From: Nemertoderma westbladi
Taxonomy: Eukaryota; Animalia; Xenacoelomorpha
DNA: 56,612 nt
Reading direction: 5' to 3'
Assembly: GCA_032718475.1 (NCBI GenBank)
Contig: JAUCBJ010003948.1
Location: 1 to 56,612, forward strand
Shown here one piece after another: positions 35,930-48,430 of the stretch. Every line of letters starts with the position of its first letter. The first letter of the stretch is position 1. Both the position numbers and the translations under genes were made by a program. The notes beneath the pieces were generated by a model that saw only the letters and a list, made by a program, of their open reading frames with translations, ran no database searches and was not told where the DNA came from.

Positions 35930-36052
35930 AGACCTTGGTGTAATGGTTGTATTGGATTTACAATTCTCCGGTGGTCATGGGTTCGATCCCAGCATGGTAC
36001 ACAGGATAGATGCCACATGGGGGCCAGGGCACTTTAGTCTGACCAGTATCTG
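35930..36052 (+). mobile_element. tRNA-derived SINE fragment
   Basis: A box TGGTGTAATGG (35936), B box GGTTCGATCCC (35980); shares GTCATGGGTTCGAxCCCxGCATG with 27050-27133. Confidence 0.5.
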
Positions 36053-36128
36053 AGTAAATACATTACAGACAGATATATACTGCACTCACACTGTAATGTC
36101 ATCCATCACCTGCAGTTCCATTTTCAGA

Positions 36129-36274
36129 TCAATCTTTTTTGTTAAATCTTAGTTCATTTTCCAAAACACCTGAAACATCAACAGGAGGAACGATACTCTT
36201 TTCTACATGGAAAGCCTTGAAGTGTGTTATCCAATCATCATTGCGTTTCTGTTGGTTTTTGTAATACGTTGCAT
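36129..36274 (-). CDS. SMIM4/UQCC5-like protein, exon 2
   Basis: Acceptor ATTTCTATAG; phase 1 join restores NF-Y-ATYYKNQQKR...NKKD*. Confidence 0.6.
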
Positions 36275-36974
36275 CTATAGAAATATGTACCGGCATTTAA
36301 ATCTGGATGAGCTTTTGCTTTTCTTTTCGGCCTACAGTTTTATAGACATATAGCATATAGGCCTGCCCAGAGCCAGACCCCCCTACTCACTACTGTTATA
36401 TTGATGAATTGTTTCACAGTGTACAGGTTTTTAAGTTTCTAACTAAGGCTGTAAGCGTAAGATCAAACTCAGAAGGTTATAGATTGAAATAGAAACTTTA
36501 TCGGCTGGCATAAACTACAGATGTAACAGAGAATTTTCACTCCCCATGTTGAATTACTTAATTGGTTAATTTGAAACCGAAACCCAGAGAAATAATTAGA
36601 AAGCTTGCGTTGCAAGGTTTTGAAAAATGTAACAATAACAATATCTGGATATCATTGATAAATAGCTGAGATAAAGCCGTTCAAAGATGGCAAGTGAATA
36701 GCTATAATGCAATTGAGATTTTGTAGGCCTATAGACAAGCATACCGCACCGATGTTGTCCACCTACCAGCCTACTCATAAAATAAGTAGGAGTTACTTAT
36801 TTTATGAGTAGGCTGGTAGGTATTGGATTATATCTAGAATTTTATGTATTTATTAAATATAATAAATGACCTACAGCGAACGGTTTTTCTTGCGATCTTT
36901 GAACGTCTATATCTCAGCAGTTTCTCAACATAATTTCGATATTTGTACACTCTATATTTTACTCTCGAAATTTT

Positions 36975-38350
36975 TCAACACTCGATATTTTTTACTCTCG
37001 ATATTTTACCAACACCTTACTCTCGATATTATTACTCTCGATATTTTTACTCTCGATATTTTTACGCTCGATATTTTTACTCTCGATATTTTTATGCTCG
37101 ATATTTTTACTCTCGATATTTTTACTTACAATATTATTACTCTCAATATTTTTACTCCAATATTTTTACTCTCTTTTTTACTCTCGATATTTTTACTCTC
37201 GATATTTTTACTCTCGATATTTTTACTCTCGATATTTTTACTCTCAATATTTTTACTCTCGATATTTTTCAACACTCGATATTTTACCATCGATATCTTT
37301 AAACATTCGATATTTTTACTCTTGATATTTTTCAATACCCGACTGCCCGATAATTTTACTCTCGGTATTTTTACTCCCTATTTTTTCAACACTCGATATT
37401 TTTAGTCTCGATATTATTACTCTCGATATTTTTACTCTCGATATTTTTACTCTCGAATCTCGATATTATTACTCTCAATATTTAAATCTCGATATTTTTA
37501 CTCTCGATATTTTTCAACACTTGATATTTTTACTCTCGACAGTCTGGGAGAAGTTATATTTTCAACTAAGTTGAAACTTCAACTTTATTTTTTAAAATTC
37601 AACTTTTTCATTAAAATTCAACTTTTGTAGTAGAGTTTAAAATTCAACTTTTTTTTTAATTCAACTTTTGAAGTAGCTTTGGAGATATATACTTAGCTTA
37701 TACATAGCTTTGGAGACAAACAGCGATAATTAAATATATCTTATAAATTCCCGTAGTATTTCAGCTAAATTTACAAATGTATTCACTTAAAATGTTTTAA
37801 AAAAGTGTTCCCGACGGTGAAAGTTTTTATTCCATCGGTAATGAGGGTTAATTTTTCGAGTTACATCCATAAAAACAATAAAAACACCCCTTCTGTGACA
37901 TCTTGGGACCCTTCTGCGCCTCCTTCAATTTTAGAGTTGTATTTACAACTTAAAAGTTGAATTTAAAAAAAAAAGTTTTAAATCTCAACTCAGTTTAAAT
38001 TTGAACATCTCCCTGACTGCTCGATATTTTAAACACTCTATATTTTTACTCTCGATATTTTTACTCTCGATATTTTTACTCTCGATATTTTTACTCTCGA
38101 TATTTTTACTCTCGATATTTTCTACCCTTGATATTTATACTCTCAATATATTTACTCTCGATATATTTCAACACTCGATATTTTTACTCTGGATAATTTT
38201 AAACACTCGAAATTTTACTCTCGACTCGATATTTTTACTCTCGATATTTTTTAAACCTGCAAAATTAAGATATTATCGATATTTTTCAACACTAGATGTT
38301 TTTACTCCGTTGTCCATTTCCGTTATTTTTACTCTCGACAGCTCGATATT
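36975..38350. repeat. Degenerate 15-bp tandem repeat interrupted by a MITE
   Basis: Unit TTTTTACTCTCGATA. Confidence 0.93.
37540..38019. mobile_element. MITE with CAGT termini and 5-bp TSD
   Basis: CAGTCTGGGAGAAGTT...AACATCTCCCTGACTG; CTCGA duplicated at 37535-37539 and 38020-38024. Confidence 0.82.
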
Positions 38351-39225
38351 TATCGCGGTTCTTATAATTATAAACTTACCCCTTCCGGGTCCGGCTGTGT
38401 AGGGGTTCTGCTGAGTGTGACTGACTGAATTGATAAACTTACCTTTCCTGAAGCTGACACCTGACTGCCTGACAGCTGATGCATGACTGCCTGATCCTTA
38501 ACTTTCCTGCTCTTCCGCCTTCCGGCTGTCCGGTTCTAATAAACTTACATTCTGAGTCTGACAGTCTGACGTCATTACCGGTACCTCTTGCCTCTTCCAG
38601 TTCAGTTCAGCAGTTCAAATAAACGCTTGGCAGTAGGGAACATACCCTTAAATAAGCTCCAAAAGTGGGTTCTTATTTAAGGAAAATGGCTCTTATTTAG
38701 GAGTTTTTGGGCCTTTTTTGGATATTTTTCGACATAATATGCAAGAACTTGTTTCAGGAAAAAATACCGCATAATTTTATTTCACAATATAAAAGTTGGG
38801 TCTTTCTTGAACATAATGCAAAAAACCAGAAAACATTTCACTGTCCGGTTTTTTTTCTACAAGCGTTTTAAAATTGCATCAAAAGTATGACCAGTTCCTA
38901 AATAAGAGGGATTTTTTAAATTTACCTTATTTAAGACATCGAAATTGTACACATAAATACTAAAAGTCATTAAATAAGAACTTTTTGACATGGGTTTCTT
39001 ATTTAGGTATACAATTTCATTTCAAAATCTGCATACTCCTTAAATAAATTAAATATTTATCATTTCTCATATATTAAATTAAATAAATTAAATTAAATAT
39101 CCTTATATAATGTCTCTTATAACTTATGACAGTTATGACCTCATAACTGCCTAACCTTGACAGGACATTGCAAGATGCTGAGATAAGGGAGCTTCTGAGC
39201 TTAATTTGATGGGTGCAAAAATGCA

Positions 39226-40245
39226 CAACGAGTAACAATGACCAACAATAAGCAACAACGAGCAACAAATGAACAATGAGTAACAAAACAACGAGCAACA
39301 ACGAGTAACAACGAGTAACATGGAGCAACAATGAGCAATAATAATGTACAACAACGAGCAATAATGAGGAACAACGACTGAACGAGCAACAATGAGCAAC
39401 AACGAGTAATAATGAGCAACCAGGCAACTACGAGTAACATTGAGCAACAATCAGACAATGAGAAACAATGAGCGACAACGAGCAAAAATGAGCAATAATA
39501 AAGTACAACAACGAGCAACAATGAGCAACAGCGAGAAACAACGAACAACAATGAGCAACAACGAGTAACATTGATCAACGAGCAACTGAGCAACAACGAT
39601 AAACAACGAGTAACAATGAGGAACAACGATTGAAAGAGTAATAATAAAGTACAACAACGAGCAACAATGAGCAATAATAGAGTACAACGATCAACAACGA
39701 GCAATAATAAAGTACAACTAACGAGCAACAATGAGCACCAACAAGCAATAGGCCTAATGACCAACAACGAGCAACAACGATCAACAACGAGCAATAATAA
39801 AGTACAACTAACGAGCAACAATGATCACCAACAAGCAACAATGACCAACAACGAGCAATAGTAAAGTACAACTAACGAGCAACAATGAGCACCAACAAGC
39901 AACAATGAGCGACAATGACCAACAACGAGCAACAACGAGCAGTAATAAAATACAACTAAAGAGCAACAATGAGCACCAACAAGCAACAATGAGCAACAAC
40001 GAGCAATAACGATCAACAACGAGCAATAATACAGTACAACTAACGAGCAACAATGAGTACCAACAAGCAACAATGGGCAACAATGACCAACAACGATCAA
40101 CAACGAGCAATAATAAAGTACAACTAACGAGCAACAATGAGCACCAACTAGCAACAATGACCAACAGCGAGCAACAATGACCAACAACGAGAAATAATAA
40201 AGCACAACGAGCAGCAATGAGCTGATGAGCAACAACAAGCAACAA
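39226..40245. repeat. Degenerate AAC-rich low-complexity repeat
   Basis: GAGCAACAA(C/T) 9-mer derivatives with longer superunits. Confidence 0.9.
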
Positions 40246-40266
40246 ACTGCGTCGATCCGGATTGAA

Positions 40267-40614
40267 TGTGGGGGAGATGGGAGAGCCACGTTCAAGTGAG
40301 CAAAGTCTTAGCATACTGGCATATGGGTGCTATTAACGAGTTGTCTGTCGTCGTTGTAAATTTTTTATCGCTAATAACTCGGTCATTCCTTGATGAAATT
40401 AAACGAAACTTGGTATGTATGTAGTCTGTCAAAAGATTAGAAATAATCTGAAGTTTGGTAAAAAACAAACGAACGCAATGAGGCAAATTAAGGAGACGAG
40501 TATTGTGTTGAACGACCTCTGACTAACGAAAGACAACATGTTAATGGGTTGGGGCCTCTATCAGCAAGGGCTAGCTAAGGCTTTGCTCACTTCATGCTGC
40601 GCAAATGTCCCACA
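40267..40614 (+). mobile_element. HINE-like element (same end motifs as 32206-32738)
   Basis: TGTGGGG..GAGCCACG start; GTGAGCAAAGTCTTAGC / GCTAAGGCTTTGCTCAC inverted pair; GCTGCGC..CCCACA end. Confidence 0.6.
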
Positions 40615-41943
40615 AACGTGTCCCACTGCTGCCTGAGCCAGTTGAGCCAAAACGTCATCCAGTCATCATCTTTAACCTTCATAACGTCTATCAGCTGCCC
40701 GACCGAACCATCTTTGTGCCTATTGACATGACATTGACATTGGTTTTTTCACACCTTTCAACATTCAAGTACAACATTGTGGACAATCCATCTAAGTGGG
40801 GCGTAAGGCGGAGCAGAAGAGGAAATGCAGGACACAAGTTAGTTTTTCGAAACTGTGCGGCGATGTCCAGTTACTTGAGTCATGTCTCATCGAAATACGT
40901 GACAATGTATACGTGCGCTCAGATGGGCGATGGGCTATTCTTTTGAATACCGGTCATGCCAATGGGCTATTCTATGCTACCGTGTGAGGTAAGAATGCCA
41001 GTGCTAGCAAAACTTCGACTGTATGATACGATATTCTATAGAGGATTTATCTGTTTATAGAGTGCAGTGCAACCATTGTCCTTATCCTTAACCCAACAAT
41101 TAGCAATATACAGACTGACATAAATCAAAGAATTATGAAAGAAGTGTAACACCTACTGTAAGGATAAGGATTAAGGAATATTTATTTTATTTTAAAGGAA
41201 TGTGCAGATTTTGGAATACAATTGTATTCTTAAATAAGAAACCCAGGTCAAAAAGTTCTTATTTAGGGACTTTTAGTATTTATGTGTACAATTTCGATAG
41301 GCCTATCTTAAATAAGGTAAATTTAAAAAATCCCCCTTATTTAGGAACTAGTCGTATTTTTGATGCAATTTTAAAACGCTTGTAGAAAAAAAACCGGACG
41401 GTGAAATGTTTTCTGGTTTTTTGCTTTATGTTCAAGAAAGACCCAACTTTTACATTGTGAAATAAAATTATGCAGTACGGCATTTTTTCCTGAAACAAGT
41501 TATTGCATATTATATCGAAAAAATATCCAAAAAAGGCCCAAAAACCCCTAAATAAGAGCCATTTTCCTTAAACTGTTAAATAAGAACCCACTTTTGGAGC
41601 TTATTCCAAGGGTAAGCCTATGTTCCCTACTGCTTGGCACCTGCCAACTGGCGGCCCGGTTCTTACAGTCTTATAGGCCTACACTTACCTCTTCTCTTTC
41701 TACAGTTCTGTGCTCTTCAGTCAGTCAGTCCTTATAAACTTATCTCATCCAGTCTGCCAGTTCTTACTGTCTTATGAACTTGCTACCGCCTACCGGTGAC
41801 TGGCTGACCGGTGCCGGTACATCTGTACGTGAAACATGCAGCTGTGCAGGCAGATGTTCCGTTCCGGCAGAGCGCAGAGGGCACAGGCAGACAGGCGTAA
41901 GAAATTACAGAATTACTATTCCAGTAGGCCTACCGGTACTCAC

Positions 41944-42121
41944 AAAAATTAACACCGTTTATCTCTAAGTGAATTAGTGTATATTCATAAGCAGCACCAA
42001 TTGCAAAACATAATGGAAGACAACCATACCGGTAGCGATAGATGATGCTCCTTTGATAACCCTTAATTCGGAACAAATGTTTGCCCTCTTTCTTTAAATA
42101 TTCAATAATGTAACGGTACAT
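41944..42121 (-). CDS. SMIM4: SMIM4/UQCC5 (sloth1)-like small mitochondrial membrane protein, exon 1
   Basis: YGCLPLCFAIGAAYEYTLIHLEINGVNF resembles the SMIM4 core as I recall it (YRFLPxFFxLGxxxExxMI..G..FY); GTGAGT donor in phase 1. Confidence 0.65.
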
Positions 42122-43286
42122 TTGAAATTTATAAATCTGTCAGTCTGTAAACATAGACAGTAAATTTGGATTGTAATTCAGTCAGTCAGTATTTGTAACC
42201 GTCAGACCGTACCGTACTGCCGTAGCCTGGTAGCCGAACCCGTCATGTATGATGTAACTCATGCATGGGTACGGCGTACGGTAGGCCTACAGCAGTAGCC
42301 TACCGTACTGCCGTAGGCCTACCTGCCTACCCTTGCTTGAACCAGTGACAGTAGCCGTACCGGTCACGGTCACGGCACACGGCAGCACGGTCAGCCGGTA
42401 CACCGCTTACAACAGTACGGCTGTACGGTACAACAACCCAACCCACACCACCTCAGCACCTGCAGACCTGAGCACACAGTCAGACAGTTACAGCTGTACA
42501 GTAATAGTAGGTAGTACTGCAGTAGGCCTACTGCTGTAGCCTACTGCAACTACCAGACTACAGAACTACCAGACAGCGCACTGCGGTCTGCTTGGCTTGG
42601 CAGGAGGCATAGGGCTGTACAGTGTACGGTACCGGCCAGTGGCCAGTCAGTTGCTACTGCATTTATAAATACTGTAGGTAAATAAATAATTGTTTAACTT
42701 AAGGTGTAGGCCTACTGCTGTACTGTATCGTATTGCTGGATGGGCATTATGTCAAAACGCTCAATATAAGAGATTTTAGCTTCGAGTGTGCCTTATTCCA
42801 CCTGTCTGCCAGTGCAGTAAAGCAAGGTACGAAAATGCCTTCAAAGATATCACCTAATTCGCGGAAACTGAAAACACCTGATGAAAGCAATTACTTTCAG
42901 TATTTCGATTCGACCATCTGCACCTGGAAAAAGGATTTAAATCTTCGACTATATGGCAGTATGGCGACGACATATAGTATCAGTATGCTTAATGCTTGCC
43001 ACCAAATAAAATTCGGTTAAAAACTACAAAAGTGGCCACGCATCACCATGTTGTTAAAAACCTACAATAATTCTTAAAAATCTTACAGTCTTATATACAT
43101 GAGATAGAATGATCCTTGTTTATTTATGTAAACCTTCCTCGATGCGCTCGCTCGGTCAGTCGGTACATAAATAAACTCGGGTCATAACGCTGCAAAGTGC
43201 TACTTCGCTCACAATGATGTAAATAGTTATTGATATTGATGTTGATATTGAATACTATTATCACGTGTGGCTAAGTCACACGACTG

Positions 43287-44801
43287 CACGAATAGTTCCC
43301 AAAAGGCACTTTGGCACTCTGGCATTTTCCAGGTACCTAAATAATTGCAACCAGCGTAAATGCCAGAGTGCTTTTGGGGAACTGTAGTATGATTCCTTAA
43401 CAGTTCCCAAAAGGCACTTTGGCATTCAGCTGGCATTTAATTGTAAATCATTATTAGTGATGATATTACTGCATTAAACAGTACCGGTACGCCTAAGTCT
43501 GTGAGTGTACATAGCATAGGCCTATAGTAAAGCAAACTACCTAGTATATTAGCTGGATTGAACACGTTTAAATATAAAATGATAATTACACCGCGCAATT
43601 ACTGTACAGTAGGTCATTGTCATACCTATTTAATGTAAATCATTTATATAAAAAAAAAACGTTTTTATAAAACGTTCCAGATTATAATATGAAACTGTGA
43701 ATATTACATTTGTATTAATATTATATACACAATAATTTGTCGCTCGATTCATTTAAATTATGTTTATTCCTTTATTATTACGGCACGTGAACGCGAAGTA
43801 AACAAAATTGCACCCTAACACTACGTAAGTACAATGAAATGTAAAATGTAGGTAGATTTTGAGAGTCAGGATAAGGGAAGGGAAACGGAAAGGAAGATTA
43901 GCTAATTAGCAGATCTGGTAGACGCTAGTGTTATCCACCGTATTCTGCATGATGCAGGGGCGTGGGCGGGGGAGGCACTAACTAATCAGACACAGACTCA
44001 GTCAATACTGCGAATGATATCCTCGCTCTTAGACATCCCAACAGCCAACACCCGCCAGTGCGCCAGTCAGCCAGTACAGTTTAGTTTGTCGGATGGTAAT
44101 GCTTTGCATTTTTTCGAATTAATTATAAGTTCTTTTAGTTTTACATTAAATTACAATTATTCTGCTGCGCAGTATAATTTAGAAATGTTCAAGTCATATT
44201 ATAATACTAAGTGTGTAATATCACCACACTGACACGAATAATAATTAATAATAAAATAATTTAACGACTTACTGTTTACCATAAGGGCCTATACAGTAAG
44301 TGTTCTTAAAAAACGGATAAAATTTATTACCCGGATCTCAGCGAATAATAAATTTTAACTAAATGCCAGAATGCTAATGTACCTTTGGGAGACAGGGGGG
44401 GTGGGGGGGGGGGGGGTAACTCGACGCAAAACCCACCTTGGCGAATTAAAATCCCGCCTCAATGGTAAATTTTCAATTTAGGGAAAGGAGCAGGTTACAG
44501 TGGCACGATATTTTAACCAAAACAATAAACTAAACACAATAGAACAGGATACAGTTTTATTTTTGAAAGTAATCATGTTATTTGCGTCCAATTTCCCCTG
44601 GAGAGGGATGAATTTTTATTGCGTCCAGTTTCCCCCCCCCCCCCCCCCCCCCCCCCCCTATCTGACCTTTGGGGAACTGTTAAGGAATCATACTACAGTT
44701 CCCCAAAAGCACTCCGGCATTTTGACATTTACGCTGGTTGCAATTATTTAGGTACCTAGAAAATGCCAGAATGCCAAAGTGCCTTTTGGGAACTATTCGT
44801 G
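43287..44801. mobile_element. Non-autonomous CACTA/EnSpm-like element
   Basis: ~130-bp TIRs CACGAATAGTTCCCAAAAGGCAC.../...GGGAACTATTCGTG with subrepeats; 2-bp TSD TG. Confidence 0.8.
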
Positions 44802-47800
44802 TGATTATCTGATTATGCTGTGGGGGGATAAAGCAAAAGCATTTCCAGAATTAATACTGCAGTACCTGGTAATTAAAGCTAGTACAATATAGGACTCAAA
44901 ATTCCGTTAATAAAATAATGCATTAAATGCGCTGTGATGCAGTGTGAAAACCTGTAAACCGTGCGTTAATTGTTGTTCATTCCACAATGAGTGTAATTAC
45001 GCCTGTGGGTCTTTAAGGACACAAGGATAAGGAAATTATCATTTTATTCTGAAACTGAAAGTTCTTAGGCCGATTCAATTAATACAGTACCGTTATCTGA
45101 TGGTGGAAGGTCGGCAAGTCTGTTACTTTAGTGTTGTTGTGTTAGCTGCCTGTTAGTTTAGCAATACCAACCACTATTATTGACATGGAAAGGGAATGGC
45201 AGTTCGGGGCAACTTACATTACTGCTTGAATAATAGTTGGGGAACCCGGGATAACGGAACAACGGTTTGGCTTACATGCCCTGAAAATTATAAAACGAGA
45301 CCGAGATCTGAACCTTTCTGTTTCAATTGCTTAAAAATGGCAGATTTTGTAAAATATTTGTGAATGGAAAATATACCTCTTGATGATAGCAATACCAATA
45401 CTAATCCACGGTTTCCTCTGAAATTTTATCTCTTTAGAAAGTGACTTCTGTAATACGACTGATTATTTTATTTCCAGGAAGATCAGATGATTTGTATATT
45501 CTAGTCCAGTGCTCATCTAGTTCCTGATACCGCAACTAATTTCGATCTGGACCAGGATAATTCCCTATTTTCTAATCTCAAGGAAATTCTACAGTAGGCT
45601 ACATTCCCGGGGATGAGGAGATTATAAAAACTCACTGCTATAACAGTTAATTATACTAACCAAAACTGAGTTTAATAGGTTGATAATATACAGTATGTTC
45701 CCGAGCGTTTTGTGACATGGGTCTATTCATATGTGGGGTTGGTAGATGTGTATGTATGTATACTGGATCACTATGGATGTGTTCTACGTCTGTTGTGTTG
45801 TCTTGTTGTTGTTTTATGTGACGGTAATAATGCTTTTTATGATAGTAGTGTTGTAGTGTAAGTTTAGTTTAAAGTGTGGGAATAAATTTGTTTAATGTGG
45901 GGTTGGTAGATGTGTATGTATACTGTTTCACTATGGATGCGTTCTACGTCTGTTTTAAATTGTCAGAAAGAGACTACACGCAGAAGTGAGAGGTCGCATT
46001 GACAAAAATGTCCCACTAAGAGATATTTACACCAGTACTTGTAATGTTGGATTACGTCTGTATGAGTGTGTATTCATTCGTTCACCTAAAGTTTATTCAG
46101 TTTGACTTATGTAAAAAAAATTCGTTGCGGTGATTGTAACATGATATTATGTATAATATGTCGCAAATGGACCTATAATCTTCTCTCCCCGGGGTGTAAC
46201 ACTAGGATTAAATATCCATTGGATATTTATCCAATGGCAATATTAAATATCCATTGGATATTTATCCAATGGCAATATTAAATATCCATGGCATTATTGT
46301 GCGCTTGTTCACCGTGACCAACAGCGGTGAAATTAAACTTATTGGGCTTTCTCCAGGTCCTTCCAGGTTCGGTGCCTACAGGTCTGGGTTTTGGGTGTAG
46401 TCGATTTCCTTGTATTCTAGGTCGCCTATAGGTTTCAAGGGAAGACCGGGACTCCATATGGGTTCATGGGAAGTCATATTGACGTTGGTACTGTAGTCTG
46501 TTATTTTGACCATCCTTCGAGCAGCACAATATTTTCTATTGAATCGGCCCTTTTCACCAAAAAGGCTCCAAAGGAACAGATTTGAACAAAAATGCTAAGT
46601 CGTTGTTTTATGTTATAATTTTATCTATGATGAATAATTCCGTTAAATTTCTATCATTCTTGACAAAGTTATTGTCGAACAAAGAAAGTTGGTGTTATCT
46701 AAAATAACTATGAATGGGTTTGGATTTTTCTTTAAACTTTTAAATCCATTAATCTCAGAATGTATTATATCCACGAAAAAGTATAATTCTCGAACAATTC
46801 TTAATTAAATAGTTGAAATTTGGATAGAGATTCAAAATATGCTTGTCTCTAAGACTAGCGAAAGCAATTTTGGCTAAAAATGATTTGGGCCATTTTCGAC
46901 CGAAAAACGGTACTTGTTCGGCTTTTTCGTCTATAAAATCAAAATGGCCCCCGCTAAATTTCAACCAAAATTGCTCAATAGCATTGGATGCAACCATAAA
47001 TTGATCCGAATCACCAAAATTGAAGTCATAAAATAAAAATTGTTCAAGAAATAGTCCTTTTTGGAAAAAAAGAAAAAAAAGGGCTCTTTTAAGGCCGTTA
47101 AAGTGCCAATTTAGGGTCTTTTAAAAAAAATTGTATTGACCATTCCTTAACTCCTTATACGATGTTTGGTAGCACTAGATTCAATTTCCACTCAATTTAG
47201 GCTGCGGAATCATCACAATGAAAATGTCCTCCGGTGGAACGCGGTGTAGATAATTTGGATGATCAAGGTACAAAATATCCGGCTTATCTGCTGGTGCAAA
47301 TAAGTAAGTACACGTTTTACAGCAGCTTGGTCTAGTAGCGACATACCAGGGCTTCCAATCAGGAAGCCCTGGTATCCTCAGGGAACCAAGGCGACTTAGG
47401 AAACAGAGTGTAAGGGTTTACTGTGGAAGATCAGTAAGATCACCCATGGTGATAAACAGAAATTCCTTGGCCTACAGTAGCGTGCCTAAAGGATTCTCAT
47501 TCATAAGTACAATTTTCTAGTGTAATGTTTTTTGCCTGTGCCGATAGTCACTGCCGTTGGCATGGTCTCCCCTGTAAAGTTATAGAATAAGTTATGTTTT
47601 GAAATTATTATGTTGTCGAATTCAACAGGATTGAAACGCTTTAAATTCCCGAAGAAGCCAAGTCCCTTTTTATTACTGTGGTCGAAATTTCTGATTCCAT
47701 ATCCACGAACAAGGTTTCTTTGGATCTCTTTGTGTTGAAAGCCTTTCCAAATTATGACAGTAGGAGTAGCCAAATCCAATTGAAGCGCCCACATATTAAA

Positions 47801-48046
47801 AGTTAGACAGTACAATGACGTCCAGCTCTATTTTAGCTTTATTTAGCATAAATACGACATGCCTACGACATGCCCAGGGGCCGCATTCTTAGTTGTCACT
47901 AGCCACAGGTATTGCAGTGAGTCACAATAGACAACACAAACTTTGCACTAAAATTGGATTAAATTTAGTATTATGTTATCTCTAGTTTGACTTCCTGTGC
48001 CTAGTGGGCCACATACGGCCACATGGAATAAATATATATTCGAATT

Positions 48047-48335
48047 TGTGGGGCGAGCCACGCATTAAAGGCGAGCCTTAGCGCGCAATTATAATTAGTA
48101 AATAAGGCAAAATTTCATGTTTGTCTGAATGTCTGTCCGTCTGTAATGAAAAATTAATTCGTAAATAACTTTTCAAGATTTTAACCATTTTCAACCAAAT
48201 TTTGTATGGGCATAATGGAGAAAAAGTTCTAATATTTTTGAAAGTTACGGGCAAATACCTCTCGAACTATTGACTCCAGATCAAATCTAACTTGTTGCGA
48301 ACTTGCTAAAGTTCGCGTGCAGCGCGACGCCCCAC
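48047..48335 (+). mobile_element. HINE-like element (third copy of the end-motif family)
   Basis: TGTGGGGCGAGCCACG..GCGAGCCTTAGC, GTCY microsatellite remnant, GCTAAAGTTCGC..GCAGCGCGACGCCCCAC. Confidence 0.6.
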
Positions 48336-48430
48336 GAACGTGTTTCATTACAAACAGAAACAAATTCGAATTTGTTTCATTTCAACTATATAAACAAATT
48401 AAATTGGACGTAAACGTAAAACAAACAGAA

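Larger units (their letters stand above)
38631..41632. mobile_element. 3-kb foldback-like element with ~420-bp TIRs
   Basis: CAGTAGGGAACATA...TATGTTCCCTACTG; 38631-39050 is the inverse of ~41195-41632, with recurring AAATAAG subrepeats; CTTGG duplicated on both flanks. Confidence 0.9.

Noticed and set aside
35930-36000. Functional tRNA gene (also 27050-27125 and the reverse B box near 34215)
   Set aside because: A/B boxes present but acceptor and anticodon stems do not pair convincingly.
36866-40314. Leu/Cys/Phe-rich ORFs
   Set aside because: Products of the 15-bp and AAC-rich repeats.
45731-46290. Short direct duplication (45731/45896) and 35-bp palindromic duplication (46209-46290)
   Set aside because: No boundaries, TSD or coding context to support a specific call.
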